Shown piece after piece: positions 1 through 12,179 of a DNA stretch of 64,000 nt. Numbering within the stretch: position 1 is the stretch's first letter; every line of letters begins with the position of its first letter. A program made the position numbers and the translations under genes. The notes below the pieces were generated by a model. The model made no database searches, was not told the DNA's origin, and worked only from the letters and a program-made list of their open reading frames with translations. Source of the stretch: Setoptus koraiensis (lineage: Eukaryota; Animalia; Arthropoda); the NCBI GenBank assembly GCA_048013815.1, contig CM106586.1:5394001-5458000 (forward strand), read 5' to 3'.

Positions 1-1883
1 TGGTCATCAGAATGACCACCCGGCCGGCTCGTTTTCTTCCTGTTCGTCCACGTCTTTGTACAAAACTGATTGGCGAGGCCGAGATATCATAGCATATTAT
101 TAAATCTATCTCGCCTATATCTAGACCTTCCTCAGCCACACATGTAGCGACCAAGGTATTGTAACCACCTTCCCTGAACTTTTTCACAATCATAAGTTGT
201 TCTTTTTGGCTGGTGCTAAGCTTACCGTTGCCCTTACTCTGACCAACAAAAGTCATAGCCTTTATCAGAGGTGAATGTTTGCTCAAAACTTGGCTTATAT
301 CTATGACACTATCGCGGTATTTCGCGAACACAATTGCTCTAGTCTGCACGTTGTCCTTATTTTGTTCGAAATGCCTTAACAAAATCTCTTCGACTTTTTT
401 CAATTTAGGATGGCCAACACTTAGATCCATGAGTGTGGTTACCTCAGTATTGTTTGAGTCTAGTTCCACAGCGCGTCCATTGCAGAATTGCGTCTTGATA
501 TCGTCGATTAGTAACTGGCAATCAACGCTTGGAGCTATGTAGCAGAAATGAGTATTTTGGTTGAATATTAGCTGGGATGTCTCAAGAAAAGATATCTAGA
601 TTCGACGTTCATTGACAACTGATTGAACACTGCTCACCTATTTTAGCTTTAGCTGCTCCAGTTGTTCCTCCAACAGTCTCCATTATATGTTTAATGTGTG
701 AGTAGAAAGGTCTGATTCCATAACATACTAGTAGATCGTATGCGTATTTTAAAGATAGACATGCTGAAATAGCCAAAATGACTCGCCCTTTGGTAGTACC
801 TGTCGGTGGCCCATGCTGGAACACTTGATTGCGAGCCTTAAGCAACTGAAACCTTGTGATTTTTTCAATGCTGTTGTTATAGACTAGACCAGCTCTCAAA
901 AGTTCCCCAACAACAGGGTTGCAAACTTTGGCGAAGCGCTCAGAATACTTTTTGAGTCTATTGTCCAACTCCACAACCACTGTATCGTGAGATCGGCTGT
1001 TCTTGAAGTTCATGAGATCAAGCGATTCTTCAGAACGGAAAACTACCTCACCTATGTAAAGGTTCAATACCACTTGTTGAATTCTTTTGATGTCCGAACC
1101 TGGAGTGGCAGTTAAGGCCAATATTCGAAAACCATTACGATTGCAGTTGTGCAGAATTCTTATAACCTCAACGTAAGAGGCATTTCCTTGTGCTCTATGA
1201 GCCTCGTCTATCACAAGACATTTAACGGACTTTGGCGACAAGAGTTTATTCTCGAGATCGTTTTGTATAATTTGAGGTGTGACGAAGAAAACTCTCTTTG
1301 TCCTCCAAAACTCTTGGCGTTTCTCAGCGCTAGTGTGACCGGTCAGTTCAATAGTATCGTTTCTCGGTATACCAGATATTCGTTTACATTCCTCTATCTG
1401 TTGCGCAACTAACGGTCTCGTTGGTGCCATAAATATTATCTTCCCTGATGGGAACCAACGATAGAAATTGTACATAACAACGGCAGCTATAAAAGTCTTA
1501 CCGAATCCGGTGGGTAAAACAACAAGAGTATTGGAGAAGAGTGAGATCTTGACCGCATGGAATTGGTATCCTCTAACGGTCATATTGTCGGGGTAAATCC
1601 AGGTTCTACCGGCTTCGTAATCAAAACCCTCGACCAGTTCTGCATTTGGTGGGGGCATCTTGGGGTCATGCATGGGCACTGCTGCAAGCCAATCGTCGTC
1701 GTCATCGAACTCGTCTGACTGCTCATTGGAGGCTTCTTCGACCTCAGAAGGTTTTTCTTCGGCTGGAAGTGGTTCGTCTTTCACCCTAAATGGCTCCTCC
1801 TTGATCACTAACGGTTCCTCTCTAACTGTAAATGGCTCCTTCTTGGCCACGAATGGTTCCTCTTTGACGATGGTGGCCGCCAT
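1..1883 (-). CDS. FANCM: FANCM/Mph1-type DEAH helicase, 5' part; runs off the window. Exons 1883-638 and 534-<1, intron 535-637
   Basis: Motif I LPTGFGKT, APTRPLVAQQ, motif II DEAH, LALTATPG. Manual translation of the second exon gives HPKLKKVEEIL...LVATCVAEEGLDIGEIDLIICYD...QRRGRTGRKR (helicase C domain). Phase-1 GT-AG intron of 103 nt restores the frame. Confidence 0.95.
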
Positions 1884-2418
1884 TGTCGGAGCAAACGATT
1901 AAGTTTAAGTTTATGTATTAATATAATTTATGTTAAATTGTTGATGTGTATTTATGACGAAATCATGACGAAACTCTATCTCGCATATGGTTGAATGAGC
2001 GGGCAAACAAGAACACTGTCAACATCGATAAACATGCTTATTCATGATTGTTTCAGCAACCAACCGCATCGCTACTACAGAAGCCATGCCATTTTACTGG
2101 TGAACCGGGAACTCTACGCAGGCACAGATTGTCCCTTAACCCGCCTCGGACGCCTTACGTTAGTGCTAACCGGAGGCACACACAACTTATACGCTGAACT
2201 TGGCGCGATCAGCACGCACAAGTTGATTGAACGTTCTGTGCAACGGTGATCATCTGTTTGCTCAGATGAGTTCAACCACGCAACAACAAGAGTAGAATCG
2301 GATGCTAGTGTTCGTTGTTCAGGCTGCCCATCTGAACATCTGGTAAACACTGTGGCTGAGGTCAGTTCTATTTAAATACTTATTCTAGACCAATATCGAA
2401 TTTTATTTTCTCCAAACA

Positions 2419-4584
2419 ATGGCCGCCACCATTCTCAAGGATCACCTATCCATAGTTGACAAGGATGTTATCAAATATGTGGAGACTGCAATTGAATTTG
2501 AAGACTTTGAATCAAACGAATGTTTCTTCCAACAAATAGGACCACTTCTAGAGAGTTGCGCCGACAACAAGACTCAGGACGATATTCGTAAAATTTGCTC
2601 ACTTCTACTAAAGAGTGTGAATCTCAATCAGAATGGTGGATTTGATGATGAAGATGACAATCTATTGCACGAGTACGGCCAATCTTCCAATCCAAAGGCC
2701 AAGACTAGGCGCTTGATGCAACCAATAATAATAGCGGATGAATTTGAAAAGTCGGCCCTCAAGGACACTAGCTCAATATTCTTACAATTCCAAGTAGATA
2801 AGAGCACTCGTGTTGATAGAAAACGTTTAGAAAAGGCCGAAGCTAAACTGAAATTGAAACAAGATAAGCGCGAAGCTATTGCAAATGGATTAACCATGGC
2901 ACCCCCCAAGAGAGTAGGTGAACCGGCATCCGCGTCAACTACTCAGCAAGTAAACAAACGTGATGTCAAAAATGAATCTACAAAAGTGAGAGATATTAAG
3001 ATTGAGAATTTCGACATATCATTCGGTGATAGACTTCTTTTGTCCGGAGCTGACTTGACCCTGGTCTTCGGTCGACGTTACGGGTTGTGTGGCAGAAATG
3101 GATACGGTAAATCTACATTGTTGCGTATGATTAGTTCTCGTCAGCTTATAATACCAAAGTTCATCACTATTCTACACGTAGAACAAGAGGTTGTTGGGGA
3201 CGATACTACTGTAGTTGATTCACTCCTACAAACTGATGAAGTAAGATATAACTTACTCAAGCGAGAGCGAGTGCTAGCTCAGAAAAAGGAGGAACTCAAT
3301 GAGGACGAGCTCAAGGAAATGGCAAGCCTTCACGCTCAACTACAAGAGCTACAAGCAGACTCTGAACCCGCTAGAGCATCAGGCATCCTGTTTGGTTTGG
3401 GTTTTACTCAAGCCATGCAACAACGCCCCACCAAAGAATACAGTGGAGGTTGGAGGATGAGAATCGCGCTCGCCCGTGCTCTATTTGCCAAACCAGATTT
3501 ATTGTTACTTGATGAGCCTACCAACATGTTAGACTTCAAGGCGAATATCTGGTTGCGTGATTACCTTATAAACAAATGGGAGTCTACTTTACTGGTCGTT
3601 TCTCACGATCGTGAATTTCTAAACTCGGTTCCTACGGATATTTTGCATCTTCACTCTCTAAGACTGGACTCTTACAGAGGTAATTATGATCTCTTCGTAA
3701 GACTGAAGACTGAAAAGTTACGCAACCAACTGAAGGAATATGAAGCTCAGCAACAACTGAGACAGCACACGCAAGAATTCATTGACAAGTTCAGATACAA
3801 CGCCAAGCGTGCTGGCTTGGTTCAATCTAAAATCAAAATGTTAGAGCGTCTTCCTGAGATAAAACCTATAGAGCGAGAACCAGCCGTAGTTTTTAGATTC
3901 CCCGAACCATCAGAATTATCCGGCACATTGTTTCAATTGGACGACGTTAACTTTAGATATACTCCAGATTCTCCATATATTCTGCAAAATGTCAATATTT
4001 CAGCTAGTCTGGATTCTAGGATTTGTATTGTAGGAGATAACGGATCTGGTAAAACTACTCTATTGAAATTGATTATCGGTGAGAATGAGCCATCCTCTGG
4101 TGAGAAACGAGGTAAAGCTAATGCAATCATTGGTTATTTTTCTCAGCATCATGTTGATCAATTACCCATGGAATACAATTCTGTTCAGTTACTTGCCAAA
4201 AGATTCCCCGGAAAGCCCGTAGAAACTTACAGAGCATGCCTGGGTCGCTTTGGTATTTCTGGAGATCTCGCCTTACAAACAATAGAATCCTTGAGCGGTG
4301 GTCAAAAAAGTCGTGTGGCCTTCGCTTCAATGACAATGACAACACCGCATATGTTAATTCTTGATGAGCCTACCAATCATTTAGATGTCGAATCGATCGA
4401 GGCTTTAGCAGATGCATTGATAAAGTTTGAAGGAGCTGTTGTACTTGTTTCTCACGACGAGCAGTTCGTAAAAACAGTTTGTAAGGAACTGTGGTTTGTA
4501 GAGAATAAGCAAGTTCGTTGTCTGAAAGAAGGCTTCGACGAGTACGTGACAATAGTTAAGTCAGCCCTAGAGAAGATGGTTTAG
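2419..4584 (+). CDS. ABCF3: ABC-F family translation factor ABCF3/GCN20, 721 aa, single exon
   Basis: Two ABC domains (GRNGYGKST, YSGGWRMR, LLLDEPTN; GDNGSGKT, LSGGQKSR, LILDEPTN), no transmembrane segments, GCN20/ABCF3-like N-terminus. Confidence 0.95.
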   Translation: MAATILKDHLSIVDKDVIKYVETAIEFEDFESNECFFQQIGPLLESCADNKTQDDIRKICSLLLKSVNLNQNGGFDDEDDNLLHEYGQSSNPKAKTRRLMQPIIIADEFEKSALKDTSSIFLQFQVDKSTRVDRKRLEKAEAKLKLKQDKREAIANGLTMAPPKRVGEPASASTTQQVNKRDVKNESTKVRDIKIENFDISFGDRLLLSGADLTLVFGRRYGLCGRNGYGKSTLLRMISSRQLIIPKFITILHVEQEVVGDDTTVVDSLLQTDEVRYNLLKRERVLAQKKEELNEDELKEMASLHAQLQELQADSEPARASGILFGLGFTQAMQQRPTKEYSGGWRMRIALARALFAKPDLLLLDEPTNMLDFKANIWLRDYLINKWESTLLVVSHDREFLNSVPTDILHLHSLRLDSYRGNYDLFVRLKTEKLRNQLKEYEAQQQLRQHTQEFIDKFRYNAKRAGLVQSKIKMLERLPEIKPIEREPAVVFRFPEPSELSGTLFQLDDVNFRYTPDSPYILQNVNISASLDSRICIVGDNGSGKTTLLKLIIGENEPSSGEKRGKANAIIGYFSQHHVDQLPMEYNSVQLLAKRFPGKPVETYRACLGRFGISGDLALQTIESLSGGQKSRVAFASMTMTTPHMLILDEPTNHLDVESIEALADALIKFEGAVVLVSHDEQFVKTVCKELWFVENKQVRCLKEGFDEYVTIVKSALEKMV

Positions 4585-5497
4585 CCATTTAGTTCACCAT
4601 CATGCGTTGGGTAACGATAATAATGCAATATTCGGATGCTTTTTTATTAACAACTCTCAATAGGCTAAAAAACTCTCTATATGTATTGATTAGCTCATAC
4701 CCTGTTAAGTACCACAGTAAAAAACGCTCGCTTGGTTACTAAACCTGTTTGATGATTGATTATAATCAGCGTAAAGAGGGACTTAATGATGGCGCAACTT
4801 ATATATCTAGAATCTAGATAGAGCCGTTTAATCAAGTGAGTTACTTTATCTATACTACTACAAAACTGTACAGACGAAAATAAAATCTCTCACTTCCAGA
4901 TATACACTGTGAATTCATGAATCAACAAGTGCCTGGCATAAACAAATTTATGAGTCTGCCTGACTGTATTTCGCACTGATCAGATTTAAATCATACAAGA
5001 AATTTCCATACTAGTGCCTAGATTGCGAAAGATAGGGGGCAAACTATTATCGCGTTTAGACTTTGTCGGGGATATGAACTTTCCTTCCTCTGTTGTTATT
5101 AATTAAACTCTCTTGCACCTACAAAAATAAATCATGCTAACATACAAACTAGAAAAAATCTGCTCACAAGGAAGAGATAACAAATCCTGTCAAGCTCATG
5201 TCTCCATGGTGTCTCCATCAGACATTGCACTGTTTAGTTGTCCAGTGTATGACCGACTTGACATTTCTTTCATATTAGTTGTGAACTCGTAGCAATGTTG
5301 TAGAAAACACTGAACTTTGTTGTGATGTTTTCTTCCCCAGTTCGTATCAGAGAACATAGTATGGAGTTTAGTCAATAAACAAAAATCATTTTGCGGACCC
5401 TATCCACTCTTTCAGTCATAAAATAGAGGGCACTTGTGTCAAGCATTCAAAAATAATTTGAACAATACAAGTCAAGTAATCATCAACTGTTGCAACC

Positions 5498-6626
5498 ATG
5501 ACAGGTCAAATATTTGACGAAAAAATCAATGAAGAAGATAATAAAGAAGAACGAATGAAAATTAAGGATTCTATATCCGAGTTGCGGGATCGTTTCAAAG
5601 AAGAATATGAGTTCAACCAAGATTCATACCTCAAGAAAGACTATGATTGTGTCATGGACACCAACGATGATTGGTATTGTATCAGATATTTGAGACATTT
5701 CAAATTGGACATAGATAAGGCGTTCAATGCTATGAAGCACAACTTAAGTTGGCGCAAACAATTCAAAATAGATGAACTGTCCATAGAATGTTTTCCTAAG
5801 GAATTGCTACTATTTGTGCCCATTTTCGTTTGTGGTAAAAGTCTTGACGGATGCCCAGTTATCTATATACAGGGAGCGGAATTTGCTCCGTCTCCTCAGG
5901 GACCTGTCAAAGATTTATTGAGAAGTTACTTTTATCTCATGATGAAAGTTCTAGACGAATCGATCGGGCCCAAGGGTCAGGTACATATCGTGCTTAACCA
6001 AACAGATTCATCTTTGTTGCACAATTTTGAGCTAGATGCTTTGAAATGGCTTGTAAGTAACTTGATAAATTATTCGTATTATTACATATGCATGATATTT
6101 TTGTATTATGACATATTCGATAACTACACCCGGGTAAATATTCAAGACCTAAAGAGAATTTAAAAGAACAAATTATGCCTTTTTTTCACCACAGGTCGGA
6201 ATCAGGGATAACTGGCCTAACAGGGTAAGATCTGTCCGAGTTATCGGTTTACCTTTCGTATTTCGACCAATAGTCAAAATGGTTGTATCTTGGCTCCCCA
6301 AAGAATGGAGCGATATATTGTTTGTAGGAACTGTGGAAGAATTGTTGTATAGTATTGTAGACGATCAAAATCTACCCTCGTTTTTCGGTGGCTCTTTGGA
6401 TGCAGCTTCATGTAAACTAGCGCCGACAAGTAATAAATGGGCCAAAGATTTTGAACTTTTCAAAGATCAGGAAATGTTTGCCAAATTCATGAAATGTTTC
6501 TACATATCGGAAGACGCCAAAAACTATCTAATCGATTTACAAATGGAATATGACAAGAAAATCGAAACGACAAAATGTTGCAAGGGTCAATCACCAGTAT
6601 CGGTGGCGGAATTATCAGAATTATAA
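5498..6626 (+). CDS. CRAL-TRIO (Sec14-like) lipid-binding protein, MOSPD2-N-terminus-like but without an MSP domain. Exons 5498-6052 and 6195-6626
   Basis: CRAL-TRIO N motif DDWYCIRYLRHFKLDIDKAFNAMKHNLSWRK; DGCPVIY; the spliced junction gives LKWL|VGIRDNWPNRVRSVRVIGLPFVFRPIVKMVVSWLP. Phase-0 GT-AG intron 6053-6194. Confidence 0.85.
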
Positions 6627-7541
6627 TCAGGAGTGCTATGATCAAAACCAAAACTCTTTTATTATTATGTTAACTTTGATTATTATTACTTTCACAGCTC
6701 TTAGTTGATAAGTTTAGTTCTAAGAATCAAATAGTATGAGAGGATATGCTCAGTTGAATTGAGGCCTATAATGACATAGACAAAATAAATTTGATCATGC
6801 GATGGTAGCAGATTTTGCCTAACGTTACTCCCAATGAAATTATGGTGATCACTTAACCCTCCCGTCTTATCAAAGCTGTCTCGATCCCAACCACTGATGT
6901 TCCTTTCATTTGTCTTACTTAGACCGATTCATCATGTTTTTAGAACCTTTATCTTCTTAACTTATAACTAATGCTGGTAGTCATACCAACAACTCTGGAT
7001 CGTTCGTTTTTTCATTCGAGATCTAGCTAATATGTCGTGCTTTGGAAGCAGAGTAGTTAATGACTTTGTATTTGGGGCAGAGGAGGGAGCCAATCGAAAT
7101 TAAATTTATATTACTTTTGTCGTACAACATGATGATAATGTAATTTGTACATAACTTATGAAATGACACGACGGCAAACCTATTTGAATACCTTGAAATA
7201 ACGTCCTTTATATAAAGAAACGAATCTCATTGGAAAGGAACCACGAGGTTTGAAACTCTACTGGAGAAGTATTCAGAATATTTTACAACAGAATTTTTAC
7301 GATTGATATTCCAGTCGGTAAGAATATCATATTGAATACGAGGACTTATATTGTTTTTGATATATAGTTGATTGACATTTCTTGAGGATTTAGCACAAAG
7401 AATTTCGGATTCCATTTAATTAAGTGAACTTTTCACACACCACATGCATGATCTACCCATTGAACACTTATGATATCATTCAAAAAGATCGAGAAAACGT
7501 CTTTCATGTAGGTGGTCTTTTATTTTCGGGTGACATCATCA

Positions 7542-8008
7542 TCATCGTCTTTTTCCGTAGCCACCGATGCCTCCAAAACCACCACCACCACCGCCTCCGT
7601 ATCCACCACCGAATCCTCCGAGACCACCTAAACCACTCAAAGCCAATCCTTTCTCGAATGCTAGAAATTGGCTGTTGTTGCAAAGAATTCGTGAATAGTA
7701 AAATTAGCTATAAATTGGTAAATGCAACTAATTATATACTTAATGAGAATTTGTAACACTTACAGTGGATCTATAGGATGAATAACTGGGTCATGTTTGG
7801 TGATTATTGGAATTGGCAAAGGTACCGGCAGAGGTAGAGGAAGAACAAGCTTCTTTGGTTTCCTCAATAAAAATAAAGCTGATGCAGCCTGTGTTGCCAA
7901 CTTTATCTTCTTCTTCTTAATTTTGATGAATTTAGTATCGCTCGATGGTATCAAAGTTGTTATCATGAGTACAAGCATTAGAAGAGCCAAAAGAAGTAAA
8001 CTCTGCAT
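7542..8008 (-). CDS. Small secreted Lys-rich/Pro-rich/Gly-rich peptide precursor, 124 aa, ending GKRR. Exons 8008-7764 and 7671-7542
   Basis: Hydrophobic signal peptide MQSLLLLALLMLVLMITTLIPS; KFIKIKKKKIK; PLPLPVPLPIPI. A phase-2 GT-AG intron 7672-7763 (GTAAGT donor) joins to QFLAFEKGLALSGLGGLGGFGGGYGGGGGGGFGGIGGYGKRR-stop. Confidence 0.75.
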
Positions 8009-9820
8009 TGTTCGTTATTATAGTTAAATTTGAAAAATATGGGGTTAGTTAAACTGGTAGCTGATAATCACTTGGTAATGAACGAAAAAAGAAGAAAGTA
8101 ATCGACTTCTTAGGAAAACTTAAGATGTTCAATATGTAGATTTGTTTACCTTCTGATTTGAGAGCCTTCTAGACATTATTGGGCTCTGAGGATTGTTAGT
8201 TATTGCGTTGATTGACAACTCTATGAGTATGTGGTGAATCTCTAGCTTTGAATGCTATGAAAAATATGATAAGTTTTTGATGTCTTCATGAGTTATATTG
8301 AATATTTGGTCTTCTATTTTGTTTTTTCTTTCGACAACATCAGTGCTAACTTAAATAATTCTTCAATCACAATGCTGCTTAGCTCAGTGCTCTGTAAGAC
8401 AATCAGATTATAACCGTTACAGTAAGATATCAACTATAAATGAACTCATAAGATCATTAATTCAATTGATATAGATAATTTTTGCCAATTGCGACATTGT
8501 TATGTCGATTCACTTTCGTCGAGGCATTGATTTGAAAGTGCAAGAACAACTATGGAAATGCTCAGAAAGAAACGCCTTCGTCGATTGCTATTTAGATGAA
8601 AATATAAGGTTGTTTTCTCCGTAAATTTACAGCCATGCTACTGAACAGTAAAGAACAACTTCTAGCGGGGCACAATCAACAAGTGATAATGAAACAAAAG
8701 ATGCAGATAATGTTTCGTAATGTTGAATGAATAATAACAATTCTGTTATATGTAGACATCAACTTATGATCTAGTTGACTTTCTATGAGTGACTTGAGTC
8801 TCGACACACACAATTGAGAAAACTTCCGTATTCAATGACCGTGGCCAACGTATTGCCTCTAACCCACATTCTTCTGTCTATATATCTGTTATATTACTGG
8901 ATATAACTGACCAATTAACATTGCAGCATTTAAGCTGACCAGCCAACAAGTCCGAGATGCATTAGTAATAACATAAGCAGGTAAACTAGTTTCTTTGTGA
9001 GATCGCGCGCGCGAATTTCTTCATGCAGATCAAATCATTCCTGCTGACAATCAATGTGTGTCCAGTAAGATCTACTGGCAAACAAAACATAATAAGTGCT
9101 TTCTGTTCATCTAGAAGTGTTAAGTCATGGTTGGATACGAAAAATCTATACTTCTCATATGGCACACAGTTACAACTTTAGTAGCCTTTGAAGAAAACAA
9201 TTTTTTTGTTGATTGCCAAACCATTCAACAATCAGAAAAGTAATGTGATATGAGCAATGGCGTAAAGGTCACTAATGTTTTCATATAGAACGAATTTCCC
9301 GAGGGAATTTACTTTTTAATAAAATTATTGATAGCGTAGCAAGGAGTTGAGTGTGGAAGGGGGCTACCAATCTTTGATTTTATTGGATTAGTATATACAA
9401 ATAGAATAGTAGCGTTTAATCTGCATAATGGCCCTTTTTAAGAAAACCTATAAGTTTAGAACCAAAATTCGAGTCTTTTGTTCTTGTTCATGTTTACTTT
9501 CATTCATACATCTGGATGTTGCACGCATTAATTATCTGGATTATTCAAAGTAAAACAAGCGTGTTAGTTGAAGAAAGCTATAAATTTAAAAATTACATAA
9601 ATCCTAGTGTTTGCCTACCCAATCAGAATGTATAATCAGAGAGAAGATTAGCTGATGCAATCACTAGATTTCCTCTTCTTTTTTGCTCGGGATTTCTCTC
9701 GGCAAAAAATACTTGAAATATTCAATGCGAAAAAGCTTAGTGGCTCCTCACTTCATCATATTAATACAGTCTAAATGGCAAACAAACAATCGGGCATAGA
9801 TCTATATCAACTTACCAATA

Positions 9821-11787
9821 CTATATTTGAACAGAAGACAAATGGCTTGAACTTTGAACGTTAGAGCCTTGACTTATCTGCTGGCTACCTGCCCTTGAGA
9901 TTCTAGCTTGAAGCGCCTTTTGTATATCTTCTACTCTCTTATTGAGCTCGCGTTTTGCAACCAATAATTCTTTGTTTCGATGCTGAACACTTACTTGTGG
10001 CCGTAAATATGGATTCCAACGACAATAGTATCTAGTCCACAATTCTATGCGCCTAGGACTTGATAAAGGCAAAATGACATGACTTTTTGTTTGCATTGAG
10101 TATAGAGGATTGAGGTACTCGTTAGGGTAACTATTGATGAATGACCAAAGGGATACTGTCTTATTTTTGACACCTTCTTTTGTTCTCTGATATTCCGAAT
10201 TGCACAAGAAAGTTCCGAAGAGACAACTAAAAGAATGATCTAAAATGGTGATCAGAAAATGGTCATTGAACTCGAAGGCGTTGGGAAATTGTTGCATTAT
10301 TTGCCAAACGCAGTCGATAAACTGTAGAAATATAGGTGCTCTCTCAGCGTCAGAATGTTTATCGTCGCCATGGCCGAGTCTCTGTAGAAATTTATGTCCG
10401 AAAGAAACCCATTCTTTCTCTATGAGAACTTCAAATCCCTTGAGTGTTCTGTAATAAGGATCAAGCATTATCATTGCCAAACTAGTCAGTTGGCTAGTGC
10501 GATCCCAACCTATTATATAAAAATAGAACAAGATACATGAGTTTAGATTCCATATCTGAAATCAAATTAGATCAAAAGAAAAAAATTCAAACATCACTTA
10601 CCATCACTGCAATGGACTATCAGAGATGTTTTGTGGTTCTCTAATTTATCAGCAATCTTCAAAGCTCCGGTGAGTATTGATCGTATGTGTTCCAACCAGA
10701 GAGTTGATTCTAGATTGGAGTGCCACCGGTTCTCCTCCAAACCTGGATAGCATAAGTCTTTCAGTTTGCGCCACGATTCCCGCATGGCGTGAATGTTTGG
10801 GATGTCCAAATAAATAACTTCAGCATTTTGATAGAAATCTTCATTCTCGTAGCCACCGCCTCTCGCCTTATTTGCGACTGCATTTGCACTTGGTCTTGCA
10901 TCCATTATATAAATCTTGTGACTTTGAGCATTCGCGTCCATAATCATTTGAACATAACGCTCATCATCTTTGCTTCTTTTGCCGCTGACACCGACCATGG
11001 GTTGTGCGCATCTAGTTAGACTTGCCTGGCTCTCAGGATGCAGCCAACTGAGAACTGGTATTCTTCCACGACTACGAAATTGAGAAACTTGCCTTAGATC
11101 ATCTTCCGAGGCAGCTGAAGGAACAACTAGTATTGCCGGATACGTGTCACATAGTTCATAATTTTCGTTCACTTTAGTTATTTTCCAAGTCTCTGTGATT
11201 GAACCAAGTCTTTTGTATTCGGCAATGGGTTCGTAAACATTCCAACCATTCACAGGGAACTTTTCTCGATAGTCAAAGGCAAACAGTGTCAACTTATTGT
11301 TGAATGGGAAGGCAAACTGTTGTAATTTATCAAAGACATCTCGCCTAGAATGGTTTTCTCTGCTGTGAGCAAAGCGTAGATTTCGCAAATCCTTGCATGT
11401 TATCTCTAACCCGTAGGAATTTTCTCCTTTCGATGTTGAACCGCCGATTTTCTCAACGCGGCATATGAATCCCAATGGTAAGTCTATCAAATAATTGGCC
11501 AGATATCGTTGATTGTTAAGACCAGATGTTGTATTAACTAATGCGGATGCCACAGGCGAGGTATCCGTATTTGTGGAATGTGGTATGGATTTAAAAAACA
11601 ATCTATAGTTTGTGATGTACAATAGCCCTCTGATTGGCCCAAAGTAAGGACTCAAACAAGAGACATCCTTTGGTGATATTGAGGCAACAATCTTTTCTCC
11701 TGTTAGCAACCAACTGGTATCCTCGGATGCACCTGATGATTGTGAGGTTGTGATGGATGATGATGATAATGAGGGATTTGAGGCCAT
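9821..11787 (-). CDS. MTMR2: Myotubularin (MTM1/MTMR1/MTMR2 subfamily) PI3P phosphatase, 624 aa. Exons 11787-10602 and 10509-9821
   Basis: PH-GRAM-like N-terminus, [12 protein letters not shown], catalytic signature HCSDGWDRT rebuilt across a phase-1 intron 10510-10601, C-terminal coiled coil. Confidence 0.92.
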
Positions 11788-12179
11788 TCTATTCTGTATA
11801 AATTAGGCTAAGCTCTAAGGGGTAGCACATCAATGGGGATAGCAATTTTTCCAGAACAATTATTAAAACGGCAGCATTTTATTTCCAAATAAAACTAGGA
11901 TTATAATTTGATAAGATTGTATTGATGATGGCATTAGGCAGTATTCTATCCTAATACAACAACGAATGCAGATCACAACAAAGAAAATGATTTCTATGTG
12001 ATGGAATTGTGAGTGGTGACTGTGCGAGTCACGCCCACGGTTGCCAGTAGTCATTGTTGTCAAGCGGGCGAACATATGATTCTAATTTCACATTGGCAGC
12101 CCACGTTGAATTTTTTGAGTTACAACTAACTCACGCTGACGCGTTTCATTACAACTTTCAATCCGAAGTGAATTTATAG

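Noticed and set aside
2090-2375. Specific identification as RNase P, U3, SRP or 7SK RNA (also considered for 57141-57361)
   Set aside because: Only isolated short resemblances (e.g. TGAGTTCAA, GTTCAATGG, TTGATTGAACGTTCT); the full conserved-region sets could not be matched by eye. Kept only as unnamed candidates.
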